Shown one piece after another: positions 1-9,213 of a stretch of DNA of 64,000 bases; within the stretch, counting starts at the first letter, position 1, and each line of letters begins with the position of its first letter. The notes under the pieces are model-generated. The model had not been told where the DNA came from, searched no databases, and saw nothing but the letters and a program-made list of their open reading frames with translations. The DNA comes from Spirochaetia bacterium (GTDB taxonomy: Bacteria; Spirochaetota; Spirochaetia; DSM-27196; Salinispiraceae). The DNA is taken from the NCBI GenBank assembly GCA_038204425.1, contig JBBRCZ010000011.1, forward strand, positions 1 through 64,000, given 5' to 3'. The position numbers and the translations under genes were made by a program.

Positions 1-64
1 GTGAAACGTCTTTGCGCCGATGGTACTGCATCTTGAAGGTGTGGGAGAGTAGGTCGTCGCCAGG
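1..64 (+). rRNA. rrf: 5S rRNA, 3' portion (truncated by window start)
   Basis: GTGAAACG...CGCCGATGGTACTG...GGGAGAGTAGGTCGTCGCCAGG matches the conserved 3' half of bacterial 5S rRNA. Confidence 0.93.
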
Positions 65-218
65 CTTTTTTTTGCCCTAACGGCAACTAGGTTGCCTAGT
101 TAGGCAAAATAAGCAAGCCTGGCTAGCCAGAATCACGTACCACAGGAGCGAAGGCGACGAGGAACGTGGTTGGCTTTTTTTTGCCCTAACGGCAACTAGG
201 TTGCCTGGTTAGGCAAAA
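63..218. repeat. Two 47-bp direct repeats (63-109, 172-218; 1 mismatch), each an imperfect palindrome
   Basis: GGCTTTTTTTTGCCCTAACGGCAACTAGGTTGCCT(A/G)GTTAGGCAAAA; inner GGCAAC-TAG-GTTGCC stem, outer TTTGCC.TAAC/GTTAGGCAAA stem. Confidence 0.9.
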
Positions 219-263
219 AAATGGCTTAGAGCCGTGCACTTACGCGCCGTCTCTAAGCCATTT
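219..263 (+). terminator. Hairpin downstream of rRNA operon, probable terminator
   Basis: AAATGGCTTAGAG ... CTCTAAGCCATTT 13-bp inverted repeat; U-tail weak. Confidence 0.5.
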
Positions 264-600
264 CTAATCTTGCCTTCGCGCATCTGAGGCCGCTGAGCGG
301 TTTAAGGTGTATGACCATGAGAATGGGATTAGTGTCGTGACAGTACTTGCGATTGTGGCCTTCGCTGTGCTGGTGGGCGACCCTGCACGACAGCCTTTTT
401 AAACACCCGCTGCATGAATTTGCTTTTTGCTTTTTGTGTTGAAGTCTAATCTGTATCTGTAAACTGCCGCACTAGGGTTGCCCAAGATATTTAATTTTTT
501 GCAGATAAAGAATCAAGATTTGCACGTCCAGCTAAGTAGACAAGACGATTTTCCCTAGCGATACTGTCAGGGATTTTTACTTTTTTTGGGAGCAACCATA

Positions 601-1569
601 ATGACTAAAAGAAAACCGTTTGTTTTAATTGTACTTTGCTTGGCATTTCTAAACATTGGTTTGCCCGTGCTTGGTGCACAAACTGGTTCAGAAATAGATA
701 AGCCTATTACCACCACTACTGTCACCCAAGCTTTTCCACTCACTTTCGGATTCTACTCTGCACCTCAGCAAGACGGAAGTGTGCTCGGTGGCGCTCTCAG
801 CTATAAGTGGGACGATGTTCAATCTAGTACGATTCGCTTTAGACAAGATACATTCAGGAGTGACTTTGAGTACGCCGATGTGGCTGACTCCTTGGTTGTA
901 TCATACGAGGAATCAAATCGGCTCGATGTTTTACTAATGGAATGGGGGTGGAGTAATTTTGGATTAAGTTTGGGTGCGATGTGGTCCAACACCTACAAAT
1001 GGGAAAAAGGCTACTTTATGGAGCAGGCTCTCGATCCCATCTTTAGTTTTGAAGAGACGAGTGATTTTAACTTGCTGACTCCCCGTATTGGTCTATCGGT
1101 AAAACTTGACGAGCCATCTGTAAAACTTAATCTGTCTGGGTACGTAAGTCCAATTTACTTGGTCACTCAGGATCAATCGCTTGGCTACAATTTTGATGGT
1201 ACCGAAGAAACTCAAGTTCAGAACTCATTGGGGCCGGGCTTTCTTGGCTTGGATTTTATGCTAAACTTGGAGCTTTTTGACCTTGTTCTACTTGAGGGAA
1301 GTTTCAGTAACTACCAGTACCTTGTAAAAGAATGGAGCTTTGGTTCTTACGGTGATGTCGGTGGTTTTGAGGACTACTACGCTGTTGAAGACAAGACCTA
1401 TACGCGAATACTAGTTAGTGCCAGTGCAAGTCTGCTTGTTCCCTTGGCCCAAGGAAAACTCCAAGTAGGCGGCAGCTTCTTCTATCGTGTTTTTACTAGC
1501 TCCGACAACATTGGAAATGTGGAAGAACCTGTCTTTGGCTTTATCTTGGGCTACAAGCCAAGGCGATAA
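601..1569 (+). CDS. Exported hypothetical protein, probable outer-membrane beta-barrel
   Basis: ATG at 601 after GGGAG; signal peptide MTKRKPFVLIVLCLAFLNIGLPVLGA; alternating hydrophobic strands; C-terminal FGFILGY strand. Confidence 0.6.
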   Translation: MTKRKPFVLIVLCLAFLNIGLPVLGAQTGSEIDKPITTTTVTQAFPLTFGFYSAPQQDGSVLGGALSYKWDDVQSSTIRFRQDTFRSDFEYADVADSLVVSYEESNRLDVLLMEWGWSNFGLSLGAMWSNTYKWEKGYFMEQALDPIFSFEETSDFNLLTPRIGLSVKLDEPSVKLNLSGYVSPIYLVTQDQSLGYNFDGTEETQVQNSLGPGFLGLDFMLNLELFDLVLLEGSFSNYQYLVKEWSFGSYGDVGGFEDYYAVEDKTYTRILVSASASLLVPLAQGKLQVGGSFFYRVFTSSDNIGNVEEPVFGFILGYKPRR

Positions 1570-1620
1570 ATAGAGTCTTGATTGTCAGCGCTGCAAACAG
1601 CGGCGCTGATCCAAGAGTGC

Positions 1621-2796
1621 TTAGCAAGTCGCGTCCCATACCCGCATTCGTTTGTATACTTCACCACCCATTTTTTGGATTGGGCTGATGATGGCAAAGT
1701 TGTCTTCCAGTTCCCAAGAAAGTTCGGCGTCAAGAACGCCATGCTCTTTCCCGGCCTTAAACGGTAAAACGTAAAGTAATGCATCCATACCTTGTCCGCG
1801 GTATTCGGGGCTAACGCCAGCTAAAAAGAGTCGGCCTCTTTTAAATTTGGGACGTGGTTTTAGAAAGATTCTGGTGACTAAGCTCAATAACTGCATGATC
1901 TCTTGAAGGGCGAAGGGAAACTTTCGAGCCCAAAGTGTGCATTCCATCCAGTCATAAAGAGATACTGCCATAGCCACGGGTGGCCTTTTGCCGGTCTGTG
2001 GGTTTAGTGGTCCTTCAATCAGAATTACTAGGCCCGAATCTGCAACAAGCTTCATGTTTTCTGCCATCTCCATAAACTGTCGTTCACTTGAAGGTACAAA
2101 TCCCCAGTTGTCTTTCCAGCCTTCGTGGTAGACTTTAATAATTTGCCGAAAATCCTCAACGATATTCTTCTTGTTCAGATTTCGGAAAATAAAACCTCGT
2201 TTTTCCATGCGCTGCTTTGCAATCTCTGCTATTCGGGATTCTTTTTCTGGGATAGCTTTGCGTAGGTCGAGGTGGAAGGCGATCAGGTCTTTGGCCTTGG
2301 TCATGCCGGCACTGCTGCAAAGTTCGATATAGTAGGGTGGGTTGTGCGGCATTAAGAAGCTGCGTTGCGTATCAAAGCCTTCCATAAGCATACCGATTTC
2401 GTCTTGGGTGTCACAGCTCATGGGGCCGCGCATGACGGAATAGCCCTTGGCTTTGACCCAAGCCTTTGCCGCGGCAAATAGTGCATTGGCCACTGCTTGG
2501 TCATTCACGCACTCAAAAAATCCCCAAAATCCGATTGATTCTTTTCGATACTCGACGTGACGGCGGTTTTCTATGGCCGCTATTCTTCCGACTGGCTCAC
2601 CGTCTTGATAAGCGACAAAAAAATCAGCGTCGCCAAATTCGAAGAAGGGGTGGTGTTTTTTATCGAGGCGCTTTTTAAGGTCCATAATGAGATCAGGAGC
2701 CCAAACTGGATCGTTTTTGTAAATATGCCAAGGTAGGCGTATAAATTGCTTCATGCCCTTTTTGTTCAAGGTTACGTTGTTGACTTCTAGTGCCAT
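1621..2796 (-). CDS. GNAT-family N-acetyltransferase (YghO-like)
   Basis: FIRLPWHIY, GRIAAI, GFWGFFEC, HNPPYY, DNWGFVP, GVSPEYRGQG acetyl-CoA motif, ELSWELEDN. Confidence 0.8.
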   Translation of the reverse strand: MALEVNNVTLNKKGMKQFIRLPWHIYKNDPVWAPDLIMDLKKRLDKKHHPFFEFGDADFFVAYQDGEPVGRIAAIENRRHVEYRKESIGFWGFFECVNDQAVANALFAAAKAWVKAKGYSVMRGPMSCDTQDEIGMLMEGFDTQRSFLMPHNPPYYIELCSSAGMTKAKDLIAFHLDLRKAIPEKESRIAEIAKQRMEKRGFIFRNLNKKNIVEDFRQIIKVYHEGWKDNWGFVPSSERQFMEMAENMKLVADSGLVILIEGPLNPQTGKRPPVAMAVSLYDWMECTLWARKFPFALQEIMQLLSLVTRIFLKPRPKFKRGRLFLAGVSPEYRGQGMDALLYVLPFKAGKEHGVLDAELSWELEDNFAIISPIQKMGGEVYKRMRVWDATC

Positions 2797-3279
2797 GCTT
2801 ATGCTCCGTTTGCTTTTGGGTTTGCTCTGACAAGTGAGTTACTGGTCAAGAATTACCAGTAGCAATTATTATAGCACATTAGTAGCTTTTGTTAAGACTC
2901 ATGTTTTACTTCTTGGACAAGATCCATTGTTAGTCGAATTATAAAGAATAAACAGATGATCCGCTGACAAAAATCAAGACCCAGATTGATTTTTTTAAAA
3001 AAACTATTGCAAGCTGGATAGCAATACTCTACATTTGTTGAGTGAAGATAAAAATAGATAATTTTGGTTAAACACGCGTGTTATCACCTTTTTTAGGGAG
3101 CTAGATTGGTCAGAAGTTAAAAAAATGGAAGATTGAGGCCAAAAAAAAGTGCGGATTTCTAACAAAAGTCTCATGCACTTTGATACTTATTTTTGGTTCT
3201 ATTGTTTAGTGCTTGTCTTATGGAAGTTAAATGATGAGATTAGTGCCGGTCAGAGAAAACCATTTGAGAGAGGTAAGCC

Positions 3280-4119
3280 ATGAACGTGAGCGAGATAGTA
3301 TATGACAATTCTTACGCCGGTTTTTTAACAGCTATCTTTAAGGCCTTTGAGTTATCGAGCATTTACCATGGCGACGTCCAGACAGCGCCAAGTCTTGTGC
3401 CAATCAAAAACAACCGGCGCAAAAATCAAATCAAGCACTCCGCTGCCGACATGGACCAAAAGCCTCAAGAAGAACTTAATGTTGAGACTTCTGTTGAGAT
3501 AGCAAGTCGCGTCCACACAAGCCTGAGGCGCATCGCTGGAGATGAAGCTGCATTTGAATTGCGCGATGCTTTTTTACACGTTGAACAAGAGAAAGAGCAG
3601 GCACTGCTTGAGTATGTGCGTCTATGTATTCACCATGGTCCCGAGGTCCTGCAACTGCAGACAGTGGGAGCGGTAAAGGAGACAACACGTCTTGCCAGTT
3701 GCGTGAGAAAAGAGGCTCATCGTTTTTATGGGTTTGTAAGATTTCAAGAATTATTTGACGGTACACTTTATGCAAGCATACGACCAGAACACGATATTTT
3801 GGCTCACTTGATCCCTCATTTTTCTGAGCGATTGGGTGGCAGAGCTTGGATAATTCATGATCAAGGTCGCAAGGTGGCAATGCGTCACTATGACGGCATG
3901 ACAGAGCTTTGGGAGGGTGTTAGTGTGGTTCATGGTATGCCATTGGCAGGTGATCAGAAAACATCCCAGACGCACTGGAGAGACTACTTTAAATCGAATG
4001 TCATCAAGGAGCGATCAGAATCAAATCTCAATTGGCATTATTTGCCAGACAAATATCGAGAGTTTTTGACTGAAATGCAAGTTGGCATCCAAAGAGAGAC
4101 TGCAACTAGCTTAGCTTAA
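3280..4119 (+). CDS. TIGR03915/DUF4130-family putative DNA metabolism protein
   Basis: YDNSYAGFLTAIF, EAHRFYGFVRF, PEHDIL..L.PHF..R, WIIHD, W..YF motifs; RBS GAGGT. Confidence 0.8.
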   Translation: MNVSEIVYDNSYAGFLTAIFKAFELSSIYHGDVQTAPSLVPIKNNRRKNQIKHSAADMDQKPQEELNVETSVEIASRVHTSLRRIAGDEAAFELRDAFLHVEQEKEQALLEYVRLCIHHGPEVLQLQTVGAVKETTRLASCVRKEAHRFYGFVRFQELFDGTLYASIRPEHDILAHLIPHFSERLGGRAWIIHDQGRKVAMRHYDGMTELWEGVSVVHGMPLAGDQKTSQTHWRDYFKSNVIKERSESNLNWHYLPDKYREFLTEMQVGIQRETATSLA

Positions 4120-4137
4120 GCCTATACTTGTTTTCTG

Positions 4138-4941
4138 ATGATAAATCAAATTTTTCCACAACAAGTAGTAGAAGACTATCTATCTATTTATATTTATCCT
4201 GACATGGTGCACGACTATTATTGGTCACAAACTTGGGATGCCAAATTTTATGTCGACCTGTGCTGTGCTGGTTTTATTTCAGTTACAACTATTCAAGACA
4301 GAGAGACTTATCTCTTGCCGCAAATACAACGTAGTTATGCGGTTCTTGACTGGAACAATGTTCATCTTTCAAAAAATGTCCTAAAAATTATGGCTCGAGG
4401 GGGTCTTTTGGCCATGGACTGTGAACTGAAAATTACAAAAAACATAGAAGCGGTAATGGCAGCAATCAGTGATTCACATGGCGATGCAAATTGGATGGTG
4501 GAACCTTATCGGGATCTTTTGCGTCGAGTTGTAGATCTCGGGGCCGACAAGACTTTTGCAAAGTCCTTTGAACTAGTGGCAGTAGAGTTGCGTTGCAAAG
4601 CTGGCAGTGACTTAATCGCTGGAGAACTTGGCTATAGCATTGGCAGTGTTTATACCAGCCTGAGTGGTTTCCTTGACAAAAGGCATTTGCTTTCTAAGCA
4701 CATGGGGACTGTACAGCTTTTGGCCTTAGCAGGTCTGTTGCATCAGCACGGCTTCCAGTTCTGGAACCTTGGCCATCCACACATGCAATACAAGCGCGAC
4801 CTGGGTGCTAAACCACTGCCAAGGACTGACTTCTTGGCCAGATGGGAGCAAGCATGCAAGCATAGCCCAGCAAGTGGCTTGTTGTACTCGTTTGACCAAT
4901 CTGTATCAGCACATCGCCTTGTCGAGCACTGGATGACCTAA
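4138..4941 (+). CDS. Leu/Phe-tRNA--protein transferase-like (Aat-fold) aminoacyl transferase
   Basis: AGELGYSIGSVYTSLSGF, GTVQL, WNLGHP.M.YK..LGA....R..FL.RW resemble the Aat/ATEL catalytic region. Confidence 0.7.
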   Translation: MINQIFPQQVVEDYLSIYIYPDMVHDYYWSQTWDAKFYVDLCCAGFISVTTIQDRETYLLPQIQRSYAVLDWNNVHLSKNVLKIMARGGLLAMDCELKITKNIEAVMAAISDSHGDANWMVEPYRDLLRRVVDLGADKTFAKSFELVAVELRCKAGSDLIAGELGYSIGSVYTSLSGFLDKRHLLSKHMGTVQLLALAGLLHQHGFQFWNLGHPHMQYKRDLGAKPLPRTDFLARWEQACKHSPASGLLYSFDQSVSAHRLVEHWMT

Positions 4942-5600
4942 AAGGTTTCAAGAGCGGCTGCGAGGCTTTCCAAAACTCTTGTACTAGCTTTAGTATTGCT
5001 ACGGCGCCGCATTTTTTGTATTGCTTCTTTTCCTTTTGCCCGCGCCAGCTGTTGGCTGTGTTCAGGCTTGCCAAACCAGACATTACACAAGGCATAGAAG
5101 AAGGCTTCTACCGCTTCCCATGCAGACTGTTCTGACGCTCCAGCAGCAAGCGGCAAATGAGCATTAAGCATGGCGTCTCGTTCGTTTTCCATTTCAAAGA
5201 AACTCAGGGCGCCATTGGTCGGCAGACTCTGAAAGGATAAACACAGCGCGTGGATATGATCTTTAAGGGAGGAATCTTGGTATTCCCTGCCCTTCGTGAG
5301 TGGGTAGCCACGCGCCAGAGCATCACGAAGATTGTGGTAAAAGGCCTGAGCGCTCTGGAGCTTGTCTTCATTGCTTTTGCTTGTCTGCAAACGCAAAAAG
5401 ATCAAGGCTTCCTCAAAGCTTTGATTTAGTCTATCAAAAGCAATGCCGGTCTGCGTATAAGGAGATGTGTCTGGATGCAAGGTCTTGGCGCTCTTGCGAA
5501 AAAGTCCGCGAAGATCTTCTTCGTTTTGAATGCTTCCATCTCGTATTCTTTTTAGGAATGGGTTATCCATCACGTGACCATTATCCATATTTGGCGTCAC
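4938..5600 (-). CDS. Hypothetical protein with N-terminal J-domain-like segment
   Basis: LRGLFRKSAKTLHPD...FDRLNQSFEEA (HPD motif between helices II and III); start uncertain. Confidence 0.55.
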   Translation of the reverse strand: MTPNMDNGHVMDNPFLKRIRDGSIQNEEDLRGLFRKSAKTLHPDTSPYTQTGIAFDRLNQSFEEALIFLRLQTSKSNEDKLQSAQAFYHNLRDALARGYPLTKGREYQDSSLKDHIHALCLSFQSLPTNGALSFFEMENERDAMLNAHLPLAAGASEQSAWEAVEAFFYALCNVWFGKPEHSQQLARAKGKEAIQKMRRRSNTKASTRVLESLAAALETF

Positions 5601-6385
5601 TTGGCAAACAGAGCACTGCGAGGAAAAAGTTTTTCATAGGCCCAGCCAGAAACGTTGTGGTAACCGTATTGTTTACCTAGCGACTTGTTTTTTGACTGTT
5701 CACTAAAATCCGACCGAGAAGCTATGCTTTCTATTACCTCGGCTGACCGGTGAAAGCCGCCATTGTAGGCAGCGGCAAAAAAGGCAAGCCGCTGCAGACT
5801 GGTTTTTTTCGCTAGCCATGGCGCAAAGCGGTGCTCCACCACGATGCAGAATGCGGTGAGGTAGAGTAATTGCCAGTTGATGTTTGTTAGTCTGTCTAGT
5901 CGTTCACGGCGAATGGCGGCCGGATCACTGTATTTAAAACTTAAAAGGCCTTGTTGCGGGTCTCGATAGTCGTCTAACTTGCCAAGTTCTTGCTCCACTA
6001 AGCGAGCAAAACCAGGCTTCATCTGGAAGGGCCCAACGGAAAAGTTGGCGTGAGTTTCTCCAAAGTTGACATAGAGTAATTGCATGCCAGCAATTTCGAG
6101 ACGGTCTCTGATTGACGAGTATCGCAAGAGTTCTGGATAGACGATGGCCGCCAAAAAGCTACCGTCAATGTCAGTTATGGCGCAGTCGAGTGCCGCCTTG
6201 GAGAAATCCAGCTCTTTGGTTCTCACTATTTGGTAGGCATGGTTCCATGCGTTGGCAAAGTCGCGCTTAATAGTTACACCGAGGGCATCGTCCGGTTCGG
6301 CTGGCTTAGCTCGGGCCCGACTTTGGGCGACAACGATTGGTGTCACAATAAGCAATAAGATGACCAACAATTGATAAGTCTTCAT
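5597..6385 (-). CDS. Exported lysozyme/lytic-transglycosylase-like protein
   Basis: Signal peptide; AIVYPE, SVGPFQMKP and AAAYNGG resemble SLT motifs I-III. Confidence 0.55.
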   Translation of the reverse strand: MKTYQLLVILLLIVTPIVVAQSRARAKPAEPDDALGVTIKRDFANAWNHAYQIVRTKELDFSKAALDCAITDIDGSFLAAIVYPELLRYSSIRDRLEIAGMQLLYVNFGETHANFSVGPFQMKPGFARLVEQELGKLDDYRDPQQGLLSFKYSDPAAIRRERLDRLTNINWQLLYLTAFCIVVEHRFAPWLAKKTSLQRLAFFAAAYNGGFHRSAEVIESIASRSDFSEQSKNKSLGKQYGYHNVSGWAYEKLFPRSALFAK

Positions 6386-6391
6386 TAGCGA

Positions 6392-8008
6392 TTACGCCCT
6401 GCTGGCTACCATCTCGGAAGTTGGGTAGAAATTTATTGCGGGATTAACCCGCTTTACGCGGTTGAAGCTCCATTCTGCATCTGACATGTAAATGTAGTTC
6501 CCTCTAATATCCAGCAAAATATTTCGATAGTGTTGGTCCAGAAAAGCTGTAAATACTTTCTTGTCGTCAGAATTGATCCAGTTGGCCAATGAATAGTCGA
6601 CTGCTTCAAAGCGAATGCTTGCTCCGTACTCGTGTTCGAGTCGGTACTTGAGGACTTCTATCTGAAGCTGACCAACCACACCCAAGACACGCGTATTTTG
6701 TTTGTGTGGCACTGAGAAAATCTGAACCACACCTTCTTCGGCCAATTGATCCAAGCCTTTTTGGTACTGCTTAGATTTGAGAGGATCGGTGTTAACTATT
6801 GATCTGAATATCTGTGGAGCAAAGTTAGGGATGCCTTTGTAGTTGATGCTTTCGCCTTCGGTTAGTGTGTCGCCAATCTTAAAAGTGCCAGTGTCATGCA
6901 GACCCACAATGTCTCCAGGCCAAGCTTCGTCAATAATGTCTCGATCCTGCGCCATAAACGCGGTGGGATTTGACGTTCTAAAGGTTTTACCGGTTCTGAC
7001 TTGCAGGTAAAGTTTGTTGCGCTCAAACTTTCCTGAACAAATACGCAAAAAAGCGATGCGATCTCGATGACGCGGGTCAAGATTGGCATGAATCTTAAAG
7101 ATAAATCCAGTAAATTTGCTCTCCTCTGGTTCGACAAGCCTTTCCTCGGCCTGTTTTGCCAACGGTGGCGGTGCAAGTTCTACCAAGGAGTCTAGCAGCT
7201 CACGAACCCCAAAGTTGTTGAGAGCCGAGCCAAAGAAAACTGGCGATACTTTGCCATCAAGGTAATCTTGGCGATCAAAAGCATCATAAACTGTTGCCAA
7301 AATTTCGGCCTCTTCGCGCAGTTTGGCGGCATTTTTTTCGCCCACTGCCTTCTCCAAGAGCGGATCATCGAGATTAGAAATCGCTAAGACTTCAGATGGA
7401 CGATGCGCTTGCCTGGGTCGAAAGAGCAGCAACTTGTGTTCAAACAGGTGATAGACACCCTTAAATTCCGAACCCTGTCCAATTGGCCAGGTTATTGGCC
7501 TGACCTTAACCGCCAGTTCTTTTTCCAGTTCATCAAGTAGCGCGATTGGGTCTTTGCCTTCGCGATCGAGCTTGTTAATAAAAGTTATTATTGGCGTAGA
7601 GCGCATTCGACAGATTTCGCAGAGTTTGCGCGTACGCTCTTCTACACCTTTTACTGAATCGATTACCATTAGCGCCGAGTCTACGGCCGAAAGTCCACGG
7701 TAGGTGTCTTCTGAGAAATCGGCGTGACCAGGTGTGTCAAGGAGATTAATACGACGTCCGCCGTAGTCAAATCCCATTACCGAAGAGGAAATAGAAATGC
7801 CGCGCTCTTTTTCCATTTCCATAAAGTCAGAAACGGTAGCTTGGGCTGATTTGCGGCTTTTGACCTCACCGGCGGAATGAATAGCACCACCAAAAAGAAG
7901 CAATTTTTCGGTAATGGTGGTTTTGCCGGCGTCAGGGTGAGATATGATGGCAAAGGTAAGTCTCTTTTTAAGTTCTGTTAGCAGTTCACTCATGGTTGGA
8001 GCAAGCAT
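6392..8008 (-). CDS. prfC: Peptide chain release factor 3
   Basis: TFAIISHPDAGKTTITEKLLLFGGAI, NLLDTPGH, NKLD, PVFFGSA, KIHANLDPRHRDRIAF; true start may be 7993. Confidence 0.97.
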   Translation of the reverse strand: MLAPTMSELLTELKKRLTFAIISHPDAGKTTITEKLLLFGGAIHSAGEVKSRKSAQATVSDFMEMEKERGISISSSVMGFDYGGRRINLLDTPGHADFSEDTYRGLSAVDSALMVIDSVKGVEERTRKLCEICRMRSTPIITFINKLDREGKDPIALLDELEKELAVKVRPITWPIGQGSEFKGVYHLFEHKLLLFRPRQAHRPSEVLAISNLDDPLLEKAVGEKNAAKLREEAEILATVYDAFDRQDYLDGKVSPVFFGSALNNFGVRELLDSLVELAPPPLAKQAEERLVEPEESKFTGFIFKIHANLDPRHRDRIAFLRICSGKFERNKLYLQVRTGKTFRTSNPTAFMAQDRDIIDEAWPGDIVGLHDTGTFKIGDTLTEGESINYKGIPNFAPQIFRSIVNTDPLKSKQYQKGLDQLAEEGVVQIFSVPHKQNTRVLGVVGQLQIEVLKYRLEHEYGASIRFEAVDYSLANWINSDDKKVFTAFLDQHYRNILLDIRGNYIYMSDAEWSFNRVKRVNPAINFYPTSEMVASRA

Positions 8009-8036
8009 AAGACAGAGCGGCTAGCAGTGGCAAGCG

Positions 8037-9054
8037 TTGCTTGGCAAAGAAAAACTCAAGCGGTACAATAGCCATGTGAGCGACCTTAGGCCAATCTACC
8101 TGACGCGCCTCGATTTATATCTACAACGTATCTTCCAGTCTTTGTTTGTTAAGCACCCCCACGCCAGCATGACCATAAGTACGGCGGGCTATATTTTGGT
8201 AGTAAGCTTTTTTGGCGCCTACCTTGAAGTCTCATCAAACTATTTTGTTTTGCTTCCGCTGACCGCCGCAGCACTCAGTTATGGTTTGCCGGGTGGTATT
8301 TTGGCAAGGCTTCTGGCTTTGCCGTGCAACTTAGCTTTGTTTGTTTTACAGGGACGGCAAGATTTTTTTCCTGACAATTTGGCCCTGGCTCAAATATCTG
8401 GTAGCATGCTTGGACTAGTTTGTGGAAGCTTGGGAGGCTACTTTAAACGCATGGAATCTGAGTATGCTGCGCGCAATCAGATCAGCAAACGCCTCGATGC
8501 AATTCTCCTAGAAAAGGAGCTTATGCTCGACGAAATACACCACCGTGTCCGCAATAACTTAAGTATGATCATGAGCTTAATTCAGTTGCAGGCACTAGAC
8601 AGTCCTAGCAAAGAATTTAGGCAAGCAGCCAGTTTGCTCACACAACGCTTGGTGGCCATTTCGCTCATTCACCACATCTGCCAGGCTCAGGACCCGGGCT
8701 CACTTCAGGTTAACTTAGAGGCAAGCCATGAGCTTCCTGAGCTCAACATCGATACAGCTTCGGCACTTGGGCTTATCTTAAACGAGGTGATCACTAACTC
8801 AGTCAAGCATGGGTTTGTAGAATCGTCTGCCACAACGCCGACCATTGATGTCAAAATAGTGCTCGACGGACCCAACTGGATCGTGACTGTTCAAGATAAT
8901 GGACGTGGTTTTCCAATTTGGCAAGGGCACTTCTGGAGAGCACGGTCTTGGTCTTAAGATAATAAAATCGCTGGTCAATAACCTACAAGGTGTTAGCTGC
9001 TACGCCTGCAACTCCGGTACACTCTTTGAGTTGAGCTTTAAAAAGCCCGAATAG
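8037..9054 (+). pseudogene. Membrane HisKA_2-type sensor histidine kinase, frameshifted and internally deleted
   Basis: EIHHRVRNNL, LILNEVITNSVKHG, VQDNGRGFP; G2 box EHGLGLKIIKSLVNNLQG continues in the +1 frame from ~8917 to TAG 9054. Confidence 0.75.
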
Positions 9055-9213
9055 GACCAAAAAAACCGCGAAATCTCTTGTGGAAGCTCACTACATACTT
9101 GTAAGCAATAACCTGTTGGTATACATTTAGGTAGTAAATCGACGGAAAAGCGACTGTTTCCGCATACTTTATGGCACTAATTCCATTGATGCCATCAATT
9201 TAAGGAGAAATGC

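Noticed and set aside
63..218. Possible CRISPR array
   Set aside because: Only two 47-bp copies with a 62-bp spacer, directly after rRNA, and no cas genes.
311..402. Short hydrophobic ORF (VTVLAIVAFAVLVG...) as a type I toxin
   Set aside because: No convincing RBS or antisense partner; too short to support.
3071..3082. 12-bp palindrome AACACGCGTGTT as an SOS-type operator
   Set aside because: Single copy, about 200 bp from the start codon, and no match to a box I can name.
9130..9213. Sigma54 promoter or glutamine riboswitch before glnA
   Set aside because: TGGCAC is present but there is no TTGC at -12; no glnA-motif consensus recognised; only short inverted repeats.
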